64,000 bases of DNA. It comes from an uncultured Gemmatimonadales bacterium (GTDB taxonomy: Bacteria; Gemmatimonadota; Gemmatimonadetes; Gemmatimonadales; Gemmatimonadaceae). This document shows positions 1 through 10,361 of this stretch, in pieces. Location of the stretch: contig CAVPQB010000004.1 of assembly GCA_963707505.1 (NCBI GenBank), positions 640,001 through 704,000 of the forward strand. Reading direction: 5' to 3'. Position 1 is the stretch's first letter. Each line of letters starts with the position of its first letter. The notes beneath the pieces were generated by a model. That model had not been told where the DNA came from. It saw nothing but the letters and a program-made list of their open reading frames with translations, and ran no database searches. The translations under genes and the position numbers were made by a program.

Positions 1-2
1 CG

Positions 3-86
3 CCGCATCGTGCGACGTTTTATGCACCGGCGCGGCCAGGTCATCGTCTTCCCTTCGCGAACGGTCCTCCCAATCCGATAGCCTAG
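3..86 (+). CDS. C-terminal end of a small leader ORF (DUF2946/RAPP-like arrest-peptide candidate), partial at window edge
   Basis: Own translation from nt 3: PHRATFYAPARPGHRLPFANGPPNPIA*, ending 78 nt before a TonB-dependent receptor. Confidence 0.5.
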   Translation, partial: PHRATFYAPARPGHRLPFANGPPNPIA

Positions 87-163
87 TCGTTCTCACCAGC
101 TATCGCCGAGATCGCCTCGTGCGGCGCCCGCCGTGTCCAGCGCTCGGATTTCCTCGCGAAACA

Positions 164-2236
164 ATGATTCATCAATTCACACGTTCGGTTCCGAACCGTC
201 TGTTCGGGCACGCGGGCATCGCTGCTGCGACGCTCTGTATCGCTATCGGTTCGGTCACAACCGCCGCGCAGGCGCAGGTGACCGATTCCACTCGGAAGGA
301 CTCCATCGCGCGGGCTGCTCAGCTGCATGCAGTCACGATCACCGCTGCACCAGCCGATCAGGGATCGCCTTCGACCTCGACGCACGTTTCGCAGCGCGTC
401 ATCGAGCTGACACCAGCCGCGACTCCGTGGGAGCTGCTGCGGCAAACCGCAGGCGTCGAGGTTCATCAACAAGGTCAGGGACCTGGCTTCGCCTCCGACG
501 CATCACTCCGCGGTTTCAGCTCGGATCATTCGACCGATCTCGCGCTCTGGGTTGACGGCGTGCCGATCAACGAGCCCGTTAACGGGCACGCGGAGGGTTA
601 CAATGACTGGAGCGTCCTCTTTCCGCTCGCAATCCAGGACATCGACGTCATCAAAGGCCCGGTGAGCCCACTGTACGGCAACTTCGCCGTCTCGGGCGTT
701 GTCAACGTTCGCACTCTCGAACGCATGACTGGAACGCAGCTAGTCGCGAGTGGCGGCTCCAATGGACTTGCGGATGCGACTGTACTGTCCGGATTCGATC
801 ACGGGTCCAGCGGTGGTGTTTTCGGTTTGCGCGCACGCCACGAAGACGGCTTTCGTCCAAATAGCCGCAGCGATCTTACGCAGGCGCACGGTCGCATCGT
901 GCGCGATATCGCGCCGAACGCCACGATCGACGGCGGGGTCGAGCTCTACGGTGCGCGCTGGCGTTCACCGGGCTACCTGAGTGAGAGCGAGTTCGCCGAT
1001 CATCAGTATGACATCGTGTCAAATCCGACGGACGGCGGATTCAAGCGACGCGCCCAGGAGCGCGTAAGTCTGCGCGTCACTGACGGCGATCTGCTCTGGC
1101 GAACGACCGCGTACGCCACGCAAGGCCGCTGGCAGCTATTCCTCACCATTCCGCCTGCTGGCGGGCAGTTCGAGGGCACGGGTAGCCAGACTGAAGAAGA
1201 GGATTCGCGGACAGGGTTTGGCCTTACAAGCGCCGTGACATATACCGGAAGCAGCACGGACGTCACTCTTGGTACGGAAGGCAGGTTCGATAACGCACGC
1301 TATGAGAACTATTTCACCACTGCGCGCAGCCGCGATTCGGTCAACGCGCTGTTCACTGGACGGCAGCTCTCCGGTGCGTTATTTGTTGCGTCAAACACCA
1401 TGATCGGCCGCTTGCGGCTCGATCTCGGCGCGCGCTACGACCTGCTCGACACGCGTTCGACTCCCGACATGGCTGGCGGTGTGACAAATTCGCGTGCGCA
1501 CGGGGTCTTCTCGCCCAAAGTGGGAGCACTTGCGCATCTCACACCTGAGATTGCCTTGTACGCCAATGCGTCGCGCGGATTCCGGTCGACGGATGGTGTG
1601 CTCACTGATCCCACCCTTGCCCCGATCACAGTGTGGGCTTACGAGAGCGGCGTGAAGCTCGATATCGAAAACGTCACAGCGTCCGCTGCACTGTTCCGGA
1701 TGGACGTCAGCAACGAACAGACCTTCAACCCGCTTGCAGCCGGTTCCATGAGCGGCGGTGCGAGCAAGCGACAAGGCATCGAGCTTGGCTTGCACGCGCC
1801 CGTGATTTCATTCGCTACGCTGAGCGGCGACTGGACGTTCAATGACGCACGATACACCAATCGAATTGCTCCGTCAGATGATCCGAACGGTCCGGTCGTT
1901 GTGCTGAGCGGGCTGCGGGTATACAACACTGCACAGTACGTCGGATCGGCTGCACTCGACATCTCACCGAGCACAAGCACAAACTCACCCTGGACCATAC
2001 GCGTGAGCGGGAACTGGGTTGGGCCTTACTCGCCGTTCGACGAGCCCGGTGTCGTTCTCGGGGCGTACGGGTTGCTACACGCAGCGGCAAGCGTGCGCCT
2101 CGGCCGTGCAGCTACTTTAGACATAGGAGCTCGCAACGTGTTCGACCGCGCGTATCCTGAGCTGGTTGCAGGTCATATCGTTGCACCAGGTGAGCCGCGG
2201 TCCGGCTATGTTGCCGTGAAATACACAATCTTGTAA
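164..2236 (+). CDS. TonB-dependent receptor
   Basis: Signal peptide, plug motifs (LRGFSSDH, VDGVPINEP, IDVIKGPVSPLYG), beta-barrel with C-terminal NVFDRAY...PGEPRSGYVAVKY. Confidence 0.92.
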   Translation: MIHQFTRSVPNRLFGHAGIAAATLCIAIGSVTTAAQAQVTDSTRKDSIARAAQLHAVTITAAPADQGSPSTSTHVSQRVIELTPAATPWELLRQTAGVEVHQQGQGPGFASDASLRGFSSDHSTDLALWVDGVPINEPVNGHAEGYNDWSVLFPLAIQDIDVIKGPVSPLYGNFAVSGVVNVRTLERMTGTQLVASGGSNGLADATVLSGFDHGSSGGVFGLRARHEDGFRPNSRSDLTQAHGRIVRDIAPNATIDGGVELYGARWRSPGYLSESEFADHQYDIVSNPTDGGFKRRAQERVSLRVTDGDLLWRTTAYATQGRWQLFLTIPPAGGQFEGTGSQTEEEDSRTGFGLTSAVTYTGSSTDVTLGTEGRFDNARYENYFTTARSRDSVNALFTGRQLSGALFVASNTMIGRLRLDLGARYDLLDTRSTPDMAGGVTNSRAHGVFSPKVGALAHLTPEIALYANASRGFRSTDGVLTDPTLAPITVWAYESGVKLDIENVTASAALFRMDVSNEQTFNPLAAGSMSGGASKRQGIELGLHAPVISFATLSGDWTFNDARYTNRIAPSDDPNGPVVVLSGLRVYNTAQYVGSAALDISPSTSTNSPWTIRVSGNWVGPYSPFDEPGVVLGAYGLLHAAASVRLGRAATLDIGARNVFDRAYPELVAGHIVAPGEPRSGYVAVKYTIL

Positions 2237-2408
2237 TCGTGAGCGGGAAGTGAACGCCGCCCCAATCTATCATCGTGTTCGGTGACCCGGTAACCGCGCC
2301 GGAATACGATTTTCATTATGCAATCTGGAGATACAGGCATATGATGCAGCATCAACGCGGCGTGCGCTGTGAGGCAGCGCGTAGCTGCTGGCCACGCTGA
2401 CAATTGGA

Positions 2409-3263
2409 TTGTGTGCAATCGTTCCGCAGCCCGGAAGCGCTCAGACGGCGACTGGAGATACTTCATCGACGGGAGCCGCTCGCTGGCTCGATACAGTCTC
2501 GTCAACCCCTGAGCAGCGCATTGCGTATCTGAGCGCTGCCATTCAGGATTCCGCGGATGAGCATCTCTCGCAGAGCGCCGACCTGTTCGCGCAATCGGTT
2601 GCGCAAAGTCTGCGATTGATGCTGGGGATAAAGGGCGACACGCTTCCACCCGCTGAACCGACGATGACCTGGCGAAATATTCAGCCTGGAGCGTCGACCA
2701 CCGTAACCGCCGACCGAAGTGGCGGCATCGCGGTGCAGCCGCTGGCAACGAACGTCGATCCGGTTGCAGGCGGACTGCTCACGCGAATTGCGCGAGCGGC
2801 CGAGGCGAGCGGTGGCTGGTTTTTCTGGCCGCCTGGCGAAAGGAGCGACTCGGTTTCGTTCGAGCTATCGATCGCGTTGGCGCCTCCGCATGACACTACG
2901 CTGAGCGGTAATGCCGGATATGCGTTTCCCATCTTTTCGATTGCGGATCCGACCGAGACTGCCGCCGTCCTGACAAGTACGACTCTGCCGCCGCATCCCG
3001 ACAAATCCTTTGGCGTCAGCGGTGACGGTACAGTTATGCTCGACTTTGTCGTCGGTTCAACAGGTCGTGTAGACACTGCAACCGTTCGCGATCCATTGCT
3101 GGACGGCCAGTAGCATCCAACCGGAAAGGAGGGAGAGATCTACGACGAGTTCATCAAGTCGTTACGAGAGTGGCTCCCGACGTCGACGTACGAGCCGGCC
3201 AGGATAGGTGGGTGTCCGGTGAGGCAGTTGGTGCAGCAGCCATTCGCGTTCACCGTGGAATAG
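2409..3263 (+). pseudogene. TonB C-terminal-domain protein interrupted by an in-frame TAG at 3111-3113
   Basis: GTVMLDFVVGSTGRVD before the stop; the same frame continues HPTGKEGEIYDEFIKSLREWLPTSTYEPARIGGCPVRQLVQQPFAFTVE*; the signal-peptide region upstream of 2409 is also disrupted. Confidence 0.7.
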
Positions 3264-3404
3264 CGGGTGTGTAGTGAATCAATCATGGTTTTGAATATCA
3301 TTATAGTCATATGTTCCTCTGCCTCGTTTGGGCTTGATTCCGTGTCGGGCTAAACTAGCGCCGCGATTTCGCAACGCTTTGCTTATCCATCGTTGTGTAA
3401 GCAA

Positions 3405-4220
3405 TTAACGGGGTGGACGAAGCCGATCGTTGTCGTGGCCGAAGCGATTTGATGAGGACGTCAACTTCTGGGCAGCCAACGACGCTGCTACACTCGGTAG
3501 TATAGGTGCCGATCGAAGATGCGAGCTTGTACAATTGAATAACGCGTACAATTGCCTGTTCAACGATCTCTGAGTGCTATATCCGAGCATTAAAGCGACC
3601 TGTCGAAACGGGACTGTCGAGCATGTAATTGCCGGCAGAGCGCGAAAGATATGCGCGGATGCAATTAGCAAGCGGCTGGATGCAAACCCGGCCTGTGCGA
3701 GTCGCCGATCCATGGTACGCCGTGACAGCGTGCTTTGGCGGGCCAGGGCATTTGGAGTCAGTGCGCCCGTTCCTGTTGTAAGCAGGGTGCTAACGCTATT
3801 CCTCAACGGCTGCGGCAGGAGTTTGACTTGAGAATGTAGTGCAGCCAACAAATAAACTCCAATTTCGCCGTCTGGAGGGAGCAGCGCTCGCGTCAGAGCT
3901 TGTCTCTCGTCGGGAGCGCCTGAAAATACGAACTGCGCGTTAGTCTTCCGCGCCAGTATGACTGATGCTTCCAGGGACCTCGCTGTAATCGAGGCATAAA
4001 GAACAAGGTGACAAGGGAATTGAGCGGTACGCTTCGCGACTTCTTCTGCCGCTACGGTCGAGAGAAGTGCCGGGTCAAGTATAACGCAGCTTTCCCGCGG
4101 CTCCTTCAACTTGCGGATTAGTTCTGACAGAGTTCGCACTGCACACATCGTCCCGACACCACCAAGCGTCGATTTGACCGTTGCTATCGAAGGAGGGCCT
4201 AATAGCGTAACGTATCTCAC
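3405..4220 (-). CDS. AraC-family transcriptional regulator (divergent)
   Basis: Two C-terminal HTH motifs (LARQSTLSRRTMDRRL; VALMLGYSTQRSLNRQL); GTG start at 4220 chosen, uncertain. Confidence 0.75.
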   Translation of the reverse strand: MRYVTLLGPPSIATVKSTLGGVGTMCAVRTLSELIRKLKEPRESCVILDPALLSTVAAEEVAKRTAQFPCHLVLYASITARSLEASVILARKTNAQFVFSGAPDERQALTRALLPPDGEIGVYLLAALHSQVKLLPQPLRNSVSTLLTTGTGALTPNALARQSTLSRRTMDRRLAQAGFASSRLLIASAHIFRALPAITCSTVPFRQVALMLGYSTQRSLNRQLYALFNCTSSHLRSAPILPSVAASLAAQKLTSSSNRFGHDNDRLRPPR

Positions 4221-4517
4221 CGTTCTTCCAAGATTCGAGCAGGGAGTGACAATGATTCGCTGTTTGAATCGCCTCGGAGAAAATAGCATTTTGCGGCATC
4301 GATGTTGTGCATTCGAGCGGTCGGCAACTTTCGGCGGTGGCGGATCGACGCGCAAGATGATCCGTGCGCTGTGTTAGGGCCGATTATTATTAAAACTTCA
4401 TTTATGAATGCGGTACCTCTGCGGTCACCTCAGTTCGCATTCGCCGGACAGGACATTCCGGTGATCGATCGCACTTCGGTCTCGTCCTGAATGGTTCTTC
4501 TTGCCCGGTTCTCAGCG

Positions 4518-6350
4518 TTAAGTTGTTGGCTGGGTTCGCGAGGGCTTTGAGTGAAGTGAATGAGCACTAGGTAAGACGAAATTCTCCATCCCGATGAGAC
4601 TTTTTTGAGTGCGAAATGTTGTCACCGTACCTCCTGTGGCAACATCCTTCGCGACGATCTTCAGGGGTTGATCCGTAGGTATTCCGCAGATCACGTATGT
4701 GCCCCGGTCGTCGGAAAATGCCGTGACGTTATGAGTCGCCGCCGCGAAGTGCTCTTGGCGCGAGTCAGCTATTGCGAACCAAGACACATCGATAATTGCG
4801 TCGGAAACTAGGGCGTTGGCGGTATTGCGAACCATCCCATGAAGTAGAGCTTCGCGAGGCCCGAGGCCGTTCCGACACATGTTATGTACTGCGTTCGCAG
4901 TTGTCGGGATGATTGTCACGAAGGATTGTTGAGTTGCCGGCTCAACATGTACTGCGCGTTCCGCAATGTCTATTCCCAATGTGTCCAGATGTGCTGATCC
5001 CATCTGGATGGAATAAATATCGGGTGTCACGCTGTCAATGGCGAAACTGCCCAAACTGTCGGTGGATGCTGAGTAAATTGTTGCGGAATCTGAAGGTGTG
5101 CGCCTCGGGCGTAACGTCACGCGGACGCCATTGACACCTTCCCGAGCGCCGGAAGGAGTCGTGTCAATAACGCTGCCGTGGATGGCTCCATAAGCGGAAA
5201 CGATTACGGAAGAATCTTGCGGCGATGCTACTGCCAATGCGTTCCGGACGTCCCCGCCGGCCTCCCATATACTCGTGACATGTTGCGCACGATTGCGTGA
5301 AAGGGTGATTCCCCCCGCTTCCGACGTAAGGCCACTTGGAGCTGTGACGGTTGTCGTCACTGTTACTACAGGCATGCGAATGAGCCAATGACTCACGATC
5401 CATGCGTCACTGGGTAACCGCTCATAATCGAGACGTCCGGTAGCCGCTAGGCCATCGTCAACCCCCCGCCCAGAGTTGCCATGGTACTCAAAATCGAGGG
5501 TTCGTAGAGCTAAGCTCCCGCGATCGAACCAAAGCGTACCGGATACGTCGCGAACGGATCGATCCTGGATGCGCTGTTCGGTTGGCGCAAATGCGAGTCC
5601 GACTAGATTTGGGTGAGACGTATCTTCGGTCGGGTGAAAACAATGTGTTCTCGCAAATGCGTCAGAGATCAACGTGCGTGCGTCTGGAGCATAGTACACC
5701 AGCATTTTCCCATCTGGCACAACAAACCCGTGCGCCGTCAGCGACTCAGCCGGTATACTTGCGTATGGTTCCGACGTTGTCGTTTTAGAGTCCCATGAAC
5801 GTGACTCCTCGACCTGACCTGTACGTGGATCTACCTGACGCTCAAACCGGTGTAGGAGAAAGGCAGTGCGTACGTCATGCGAAGTGGCAACCGTTGCAGT
5901 CAGTGCACTCTGGGCTTCCTGCCATAGCCTGAACACCGTGGCTCCCGCTTCTGGTGCGATTACGCAACGGCGGGCTTCCTCAATACCTACTCGAACGAGT
6001 TGAACGGGGAATGCATTTAGCGAAAGATTGATCCGTAACGCTTGTTGTCCGACGTTCAAGGTCAGGTAATTTGAAGAATCGGGAAGAAAGCCGATTCGAC
6101 GAGCGCGGATACGATATGTGCCGGCCATCGGAGCACGGAGTGTGAAGTCACCTTTGGTGTCGGTGATGGTGACAGCCGCAACTGCGCCCGTCGAGTCTAT
6201 GAGTGCGACGCTTGTTTCACCTTGTGGGGCAGCGACGTCGTTGACTTGTACGACCCCAGTGACGCGCTGGGCAGAAACCGAGCCAGCCCATACGGGCAGC
6301 ATCAAGAGTGCGACCGCCTTAAGCAAGTGGCATCTCCAGCAACTGTTCAT
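4518..6350 (-). CDS. Secreted protein with several carboxypeptidase-regulatory-like domains
   Basis: Signal peptide; repeated TDxxGxF/Y motifs (TDTKGDFTL, TDSLGSFAI, SDDRGTYVICG). Confidence 0.8.
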   Translation of the reverse strand: MNSCWRCHLLKAVALLMLPVWAGSVSAQRVTGVVQVNDVAAPQGETSVALIDSTGAVAAVTITDTKGDFTLRAPMAGTYRIRARRIGFLPDSSNYLTLNVGQQALRINLSLNAFPVQLVRVGIEEARRCVIAPEAGATVFRLWQEAQSALTATVATSHDVRTAFLLHRFERQVDPRTGQVEESRSWDSKTTTSEPYASIPAESLTAHGFVVPDGKMLVYYAPDARTLISDAFARTHCFHPTEDTSHPNLVGLAFAPTEQRIQDRSVRDVSGTLWFDRGSLALRTLDFEYHGNSGRGVDDGLAATGRLDYERLPSDAWIVSHWLIRMPVVTVTTTVTAPSGLTSEAGGITLSRNRAQHVTSIWEAGGDVRNALAVASPQDSSVIVSAYGAIHGSVIDTTPSGAREGVNGVRVTLRPRRTPSDSATIYSASTDSLGSFAIDSVTPDIYSIQMGSAHLDTLGIDIAERAVHVEPATQQSFVTIIPTTANAVHNMCRNGLGPREALLHGMVRNTANALVSDAIIDVSWFAIADSRQEHFAAATHNVTAFSDDRGTYVICGIPTDQPLKIVAKDVATGGTVTTFRTQKSLIGMENFVLPSAHSLHSKPSRTQPTT

Positions 6351-6589
6351 TAGTGAACACCACTCGGTCGAAGCCGCGAACGAAATGCACGACCAAGCTA
6401 CCGAGGAAAGTTAATGCTGATTCGGCGCCGTTCAATGGTTTTTTCGTAGGCCGCATAGGACCACACGCACGGTTTACCGACGCGGCGAGTGCGGCTGGCT
6501 CTACTCGGCGATGGCTTAATACAATCTTGAGAAGAGCCAGACGCAAACTCATGCCTTGCGCGTAGACCGCGATTGCGGTGTTATCCTCG

Positions 6590-6799
6590 TCACACCTTGT
6601 CGCAGGTATGGCCGTTGAAGCAAGTCTGGGAGCAGCAAATGGTCGCGCAAACGTCGGGATTGCCGGCTTCTCCGCCTCCGGCCATACAACGGAACTGCGA
6701 TGCTGTTGCGTGACTGTGCGATCGCATGGCATGTGCGGAGGACGCACTCGCAGCAAGAGTAAGGAGCGTCATGGCGTTGATCCAGAGCAGTCGCTTCAT
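6590..6799 (-). CDS. Small secreted cysteine-rich peptide (69 aa, 6 Cys)
   Basis: GAGG RBS; MKRLLWINAMTLLTLAASASSAHA signal peptide; core CMAGGGEAGNPDVCATICCSQTCFNGHTCDKV. Confidence 0.7.
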   Translation of the reverse strand: MKRLLWINAMTLLTLAASASSAHAMRSHSHATASQFRCMAGGGEAGNPDVCATICCSQTCFNGHTCDKV

Positions 6800-7339
6800 T
6801 CGGGTTGTCCTCAAGCTTAAGAATAAAGGTTGATGGAAATGCCAGTGATGTGGACGCACGCAGTCTTGACCAGCGATATCGCTGCAGGAGTACGTCGCTC
6901 TCTAAGACTGTAAACGTATCCATCACCCCGGCTTCGAAGGCTACGCGTTCCAAGGTCTTGCGGCAAGGAGGTGGCCGGAAGAGGCATTGTTTGGCGGATT
7001 TTGGCACTATGCTGGTGATGCGGAGATGTTGTACTGTTTCGTCATTATGTAATCGGATAACATGTGATTCCTCGACAGCAGGTGTTCATGCAGCGCGTGA
7101 TATCCGACGGCATAGCCACGAGCGCGCCAGGTCGGAACGCATTAGCTAGCGGGTGGGATCTTAACCACTCACCGTTCATTCTGGAGCCGCACGTGGGAGT
7201 GGCTGGACAGGCTGGGATGTGACCCCGCAGGGTTGGTTGACTGTATTCCTGTCGTCATGAGGGTCGTTGCGTCAGCTCACGTGGCGGTATCGTTCGTGAA
7301 ATGTGGCGAGGTGAAGAGCGTTGGCGCATGCTATGCTCA

Positions 7340-7868
7340 GGTCGTCGCAGCAGTAAAGACTGGCGTCAATATGCAGCTGGTGGCAGCAGGATAGGTGATG
7401 ATCGCTCGCCGATGGCAGCGTGTTCAGCGCTTTCACATGTCTTGCCGACTTCACAAAGCAATGACGAGGTCTGATAGCCTCGATCCGATCGAGCGAGTTG
7501 TGTACTGGCATTAACTCTGAGATGCACCCGCAGGCCTTCGAGGCATCTGTATGCGGCAGTATGCGCAGACAAACAGCCATGTTTTCTCCGAATACCACGA
7601 TCGTCGTTTCGCTCAGCAAGATTCGATCGGAGTCAAGCCATGGTCTAGTGTTCGCACGAGACGCTTCGGCGTATCGAACGTAGCGCAATCGATGCCTGTG
7701 TTAAGAATCCTGCGACGGCGAGCAATCGTAGCTGGCGATACGCTTGCTGCGGCGCAACTTGGTATTCGTGCTACGCCGGCCATACTCGTCGATGGTATAT
7801 TATTCAGTGGGAGTCCGGGTAAAGACACGCTCGCCGTGTATATAAAACGTGCGCTTGTCGAGAAGTGA
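7340..7868 (+). pseudogene. Decayed DsbA/thioredoxin-fold protein
   Basis: Fragments in several frames: KDWRQYAAGGSRIG, VVYWH, MHPQAFEA, EYHDRRFAQQDSIGVKPWS, AAQLGIRATPAILVDG; no intact CxxC; internal stops. Confidence 0.7.
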
Positions 7869-7963
7869 GTTGGTAGGCGACTCCTTTGTACAGTATTGTA
7901 CAGGAAATTATACGTATCGTGCTCGCAATTGCCACGGAGCGTAAATGATAACATTTGTGTCTC

Positions 7964-8428
7964 TCACGACACTCTCAGAACATCCTCAGCCGGTCCCGCA
8001 TCTCCACTCCCCAACAACTGTCTTATCTCTCCCAACGCCTGCGTCGCTCGCGGCCATATGAATCGTGCTGCCGCGTCCTCCATGCTCAGCCATGTGTACT
8101 CGACGTGCTCCTGTCCGAGCGTTACAACGGCTCCGCTGTCCACGAACGCGCAGAACACGATCGCAACTTCGACGCGCGCCGTCTGATGCAGATAGAACGA
8201 ATGCACGGTGATGTTGTACAGCCGTCGAATCGCAAGACCAGTCTCCTCCAATACTTCACGCACCGCCGCGTCCTCCGGCGTTTCCTCGGGTTCGATGCGG
8301 CCGTGCACCGCCTCCCAGGCGCCAGGACAGCGCGTCCCGGTTCCTCGCCGCAGCGCGAGTACTCGCCATGTCTCGGTCTGCGGGTCGATCAGGTAAACAT
8401 CCACCACACCAACTTCGATTCGCGTCAT
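7964..8428 (-). CDS. Nudix hydrolase (in frame with the upstream ATPase)
   Basis: Nudix box GRIEPEETPEDAAVREVLEETGL. Confidence 0.88.
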   Translation of the reverse strand: MTRIEVGVVDVYLIDPQTETWRVLALRRGTGTRCPGAWEAVHGRIEPEETPEDAAVREVLEETGLAIRRLYNITVHSFYLHQTARVEVAIVFCAFVDSGAVVTLGQEHVEYTWLSMEDAAARFIWPRATQALGEIRQLLGSGDAGPAEDVLRVS

Positions 8429-10256
8429 CGAGTCCGTCCCCACGCGCCGCTCGGGCATTCCGGGTTGTGTACCATGCTCGGAATATGGCGACCTCGCGGG
8501 CGAATCGGCGTTCCGCGAAGGCCAATCGTTTGTTTGCTCGCCATTGGCCTGGTCGCCGTCACCGGCCCTGTTCGCCTCCGAGTCCAGTACTCGTGACACT
8601 TCAGCAGCAGTCGTCTCACCGCTCAATACCCGTGCGACGCCGCTGGTCCAGAGCGAGCGCATTCCCTCGGCGCGCGCGGCGGCGGTGATGATGGGCGCTG
8701 GAGCGCTGGTCACTATGAGACGCGTGAGAGCGGGCGTCATCGTGAGCAATTCGACGGCGGCCATGCGACCTCTGAACCCCGTGCCCGCGCAGACGTCGCA
8801 ACCGGCACCGGCCTTGAGCCGCGCGCCGTTCGGAATGCAGTCCCACAGCGAGGGCGGAATCGGCTCGTCGCTGTCGCGCGCGCAGGCGGGACACATCCGG
8901 CGTAGCAGCCGCTGCGCGACCACCCCCTTGAGCGCTGTTCCGGTCTTGGCCGGGTCGACGCCCAGATCGCCGAGCCGGGTGATGGAGCTCGCGGCGTCAA
9001 TTGTATGAAGTGTCGCGAAGACCAGATGTCCCGTGAGCGCGGCCTGAATCGCTATCGCCGCCGTTTCCGCGTCGCGGATCTCGCCGACCAGAATCACATC
9101 CGGGTCCTGTCGCAGAATGGATCGCAGCGCGGCGGCGAAGGTGAGACCGGCCTTCTCGTTCACCTGAGACTGGACGATTCCCGGAATCCGATATTCGACC
9201 GGATCTTCGACCGTGATGACGTTCAATCCACGTGTCACGAGCGAGTGCAGAGCAGAGTACAATGTGGTCGTCTTGCCGGAGCCCGTCGGTCCGGTCACCA
9301 GAATCAATCCCTCACGGGTGTCGAGCAGGCGAGTCAATCTCGCGGCGTCCGTATCGTCGAAGCCGAGCGCGTCGAGTGAGCGAACGCCGCCGCGCGCATC
9401 GAGAATCCGGATCACCACTTTCTCGCCGTGCGCGGCTGGAAGCGTCGACACGCGGAGATCGATTCGCTCGCCTTCAACCATCACCAGCGCACGTCCGCCC
9501 TGCGGACGCAGCCGATCGGCGATGTCGAGGCGCGACATTATCTTGACGCGCGACACGAGCGGAAGGCCGATCGCGCGCGGAAGAGTCATCGCCGTTCGCA
9601 ATACGCCATCCACGCGGTACCGAACGGAAATGGCGTCTTCTTCCGATTCGAGATGAATGTCGCTGGCTCTCGCCGCGATCCCCTCTGCGACTATGTGATC
9701 GACGAGCTTTGATGATCGGCCGCTCGCGTGCGCCGTCGGCGAGCTGCGTCGCCGTCGCCGGATCCGTCTCCGGCTCGACCTGATGCACGGACACAGGTCC
9801 GACCGACGCGAGCAACCGCTCGACGACGGACGCGGGCCTATACACTTCCTCGAGGCGCTCGGTGATCCGTGCCGGAAGCGCGAGGGACATTCTTACGCGC
9901 CGGCCGGCAGCAAACGCGATCGCCTGCTCGCAGTGGAGATCGTAGGGGTTCGCGGTCGCGACGTCTATTGTATTTGCAGAGACCGACAGCGGCAGAATCG
10001 AATATCGCCGTGCAAGTCGCTCCGGAACACGAGCGACTGCCTGTGGCGATGACGTGAGCGCGCCAGCGACACGCATTCGCGTCCGCCGCGCGATGGCGCG
10101 TAGAATCGCGTCGTCAGTGGTGAATCCGTTAGAGACCGCGACGCACCACTTGCTCGCCGTCGTGTCCTTTGCGATCGCTGCAAGCTGCGCCGACGTCAGC
10201 ATCTCGCGCAATACGGGTAAAATCCATTCGTCGGTCGATTGTGCTGCGCGTTCCAT
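8429..10256 (-). CDS. GspE/PilB-family secretion/pilus ATPase, frameshift near 9710
   Basis: T2SSE N-terminal domain, Walker A GPTGSGKTT, TVEDPVEY, LRQDPDVILVGEIRD, tetracysteine zinc motif. Confidence 0.9.
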
Positions 10257-10361
10257 CGAGAGCCTCCGACCGACAAGCTACGCCGAACGGACTGGTCACG
10301 CGCAAGCGGGACGCGCCTTACATAAGCTTTCTACGTCGTCCTTCTAAATCATCCTTCTACA

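Noticed and set aside
6549..7007. 152-aa ORF overlapping the Cys-rich peptide gene
   Set aside because: No recognisable domain; the nested peptide ORF has the RBS and signal peptide
7025..7060. dif-like site (TTATGTAAT)
   Set aside because: Only a partial XerD arm and no XerC arm
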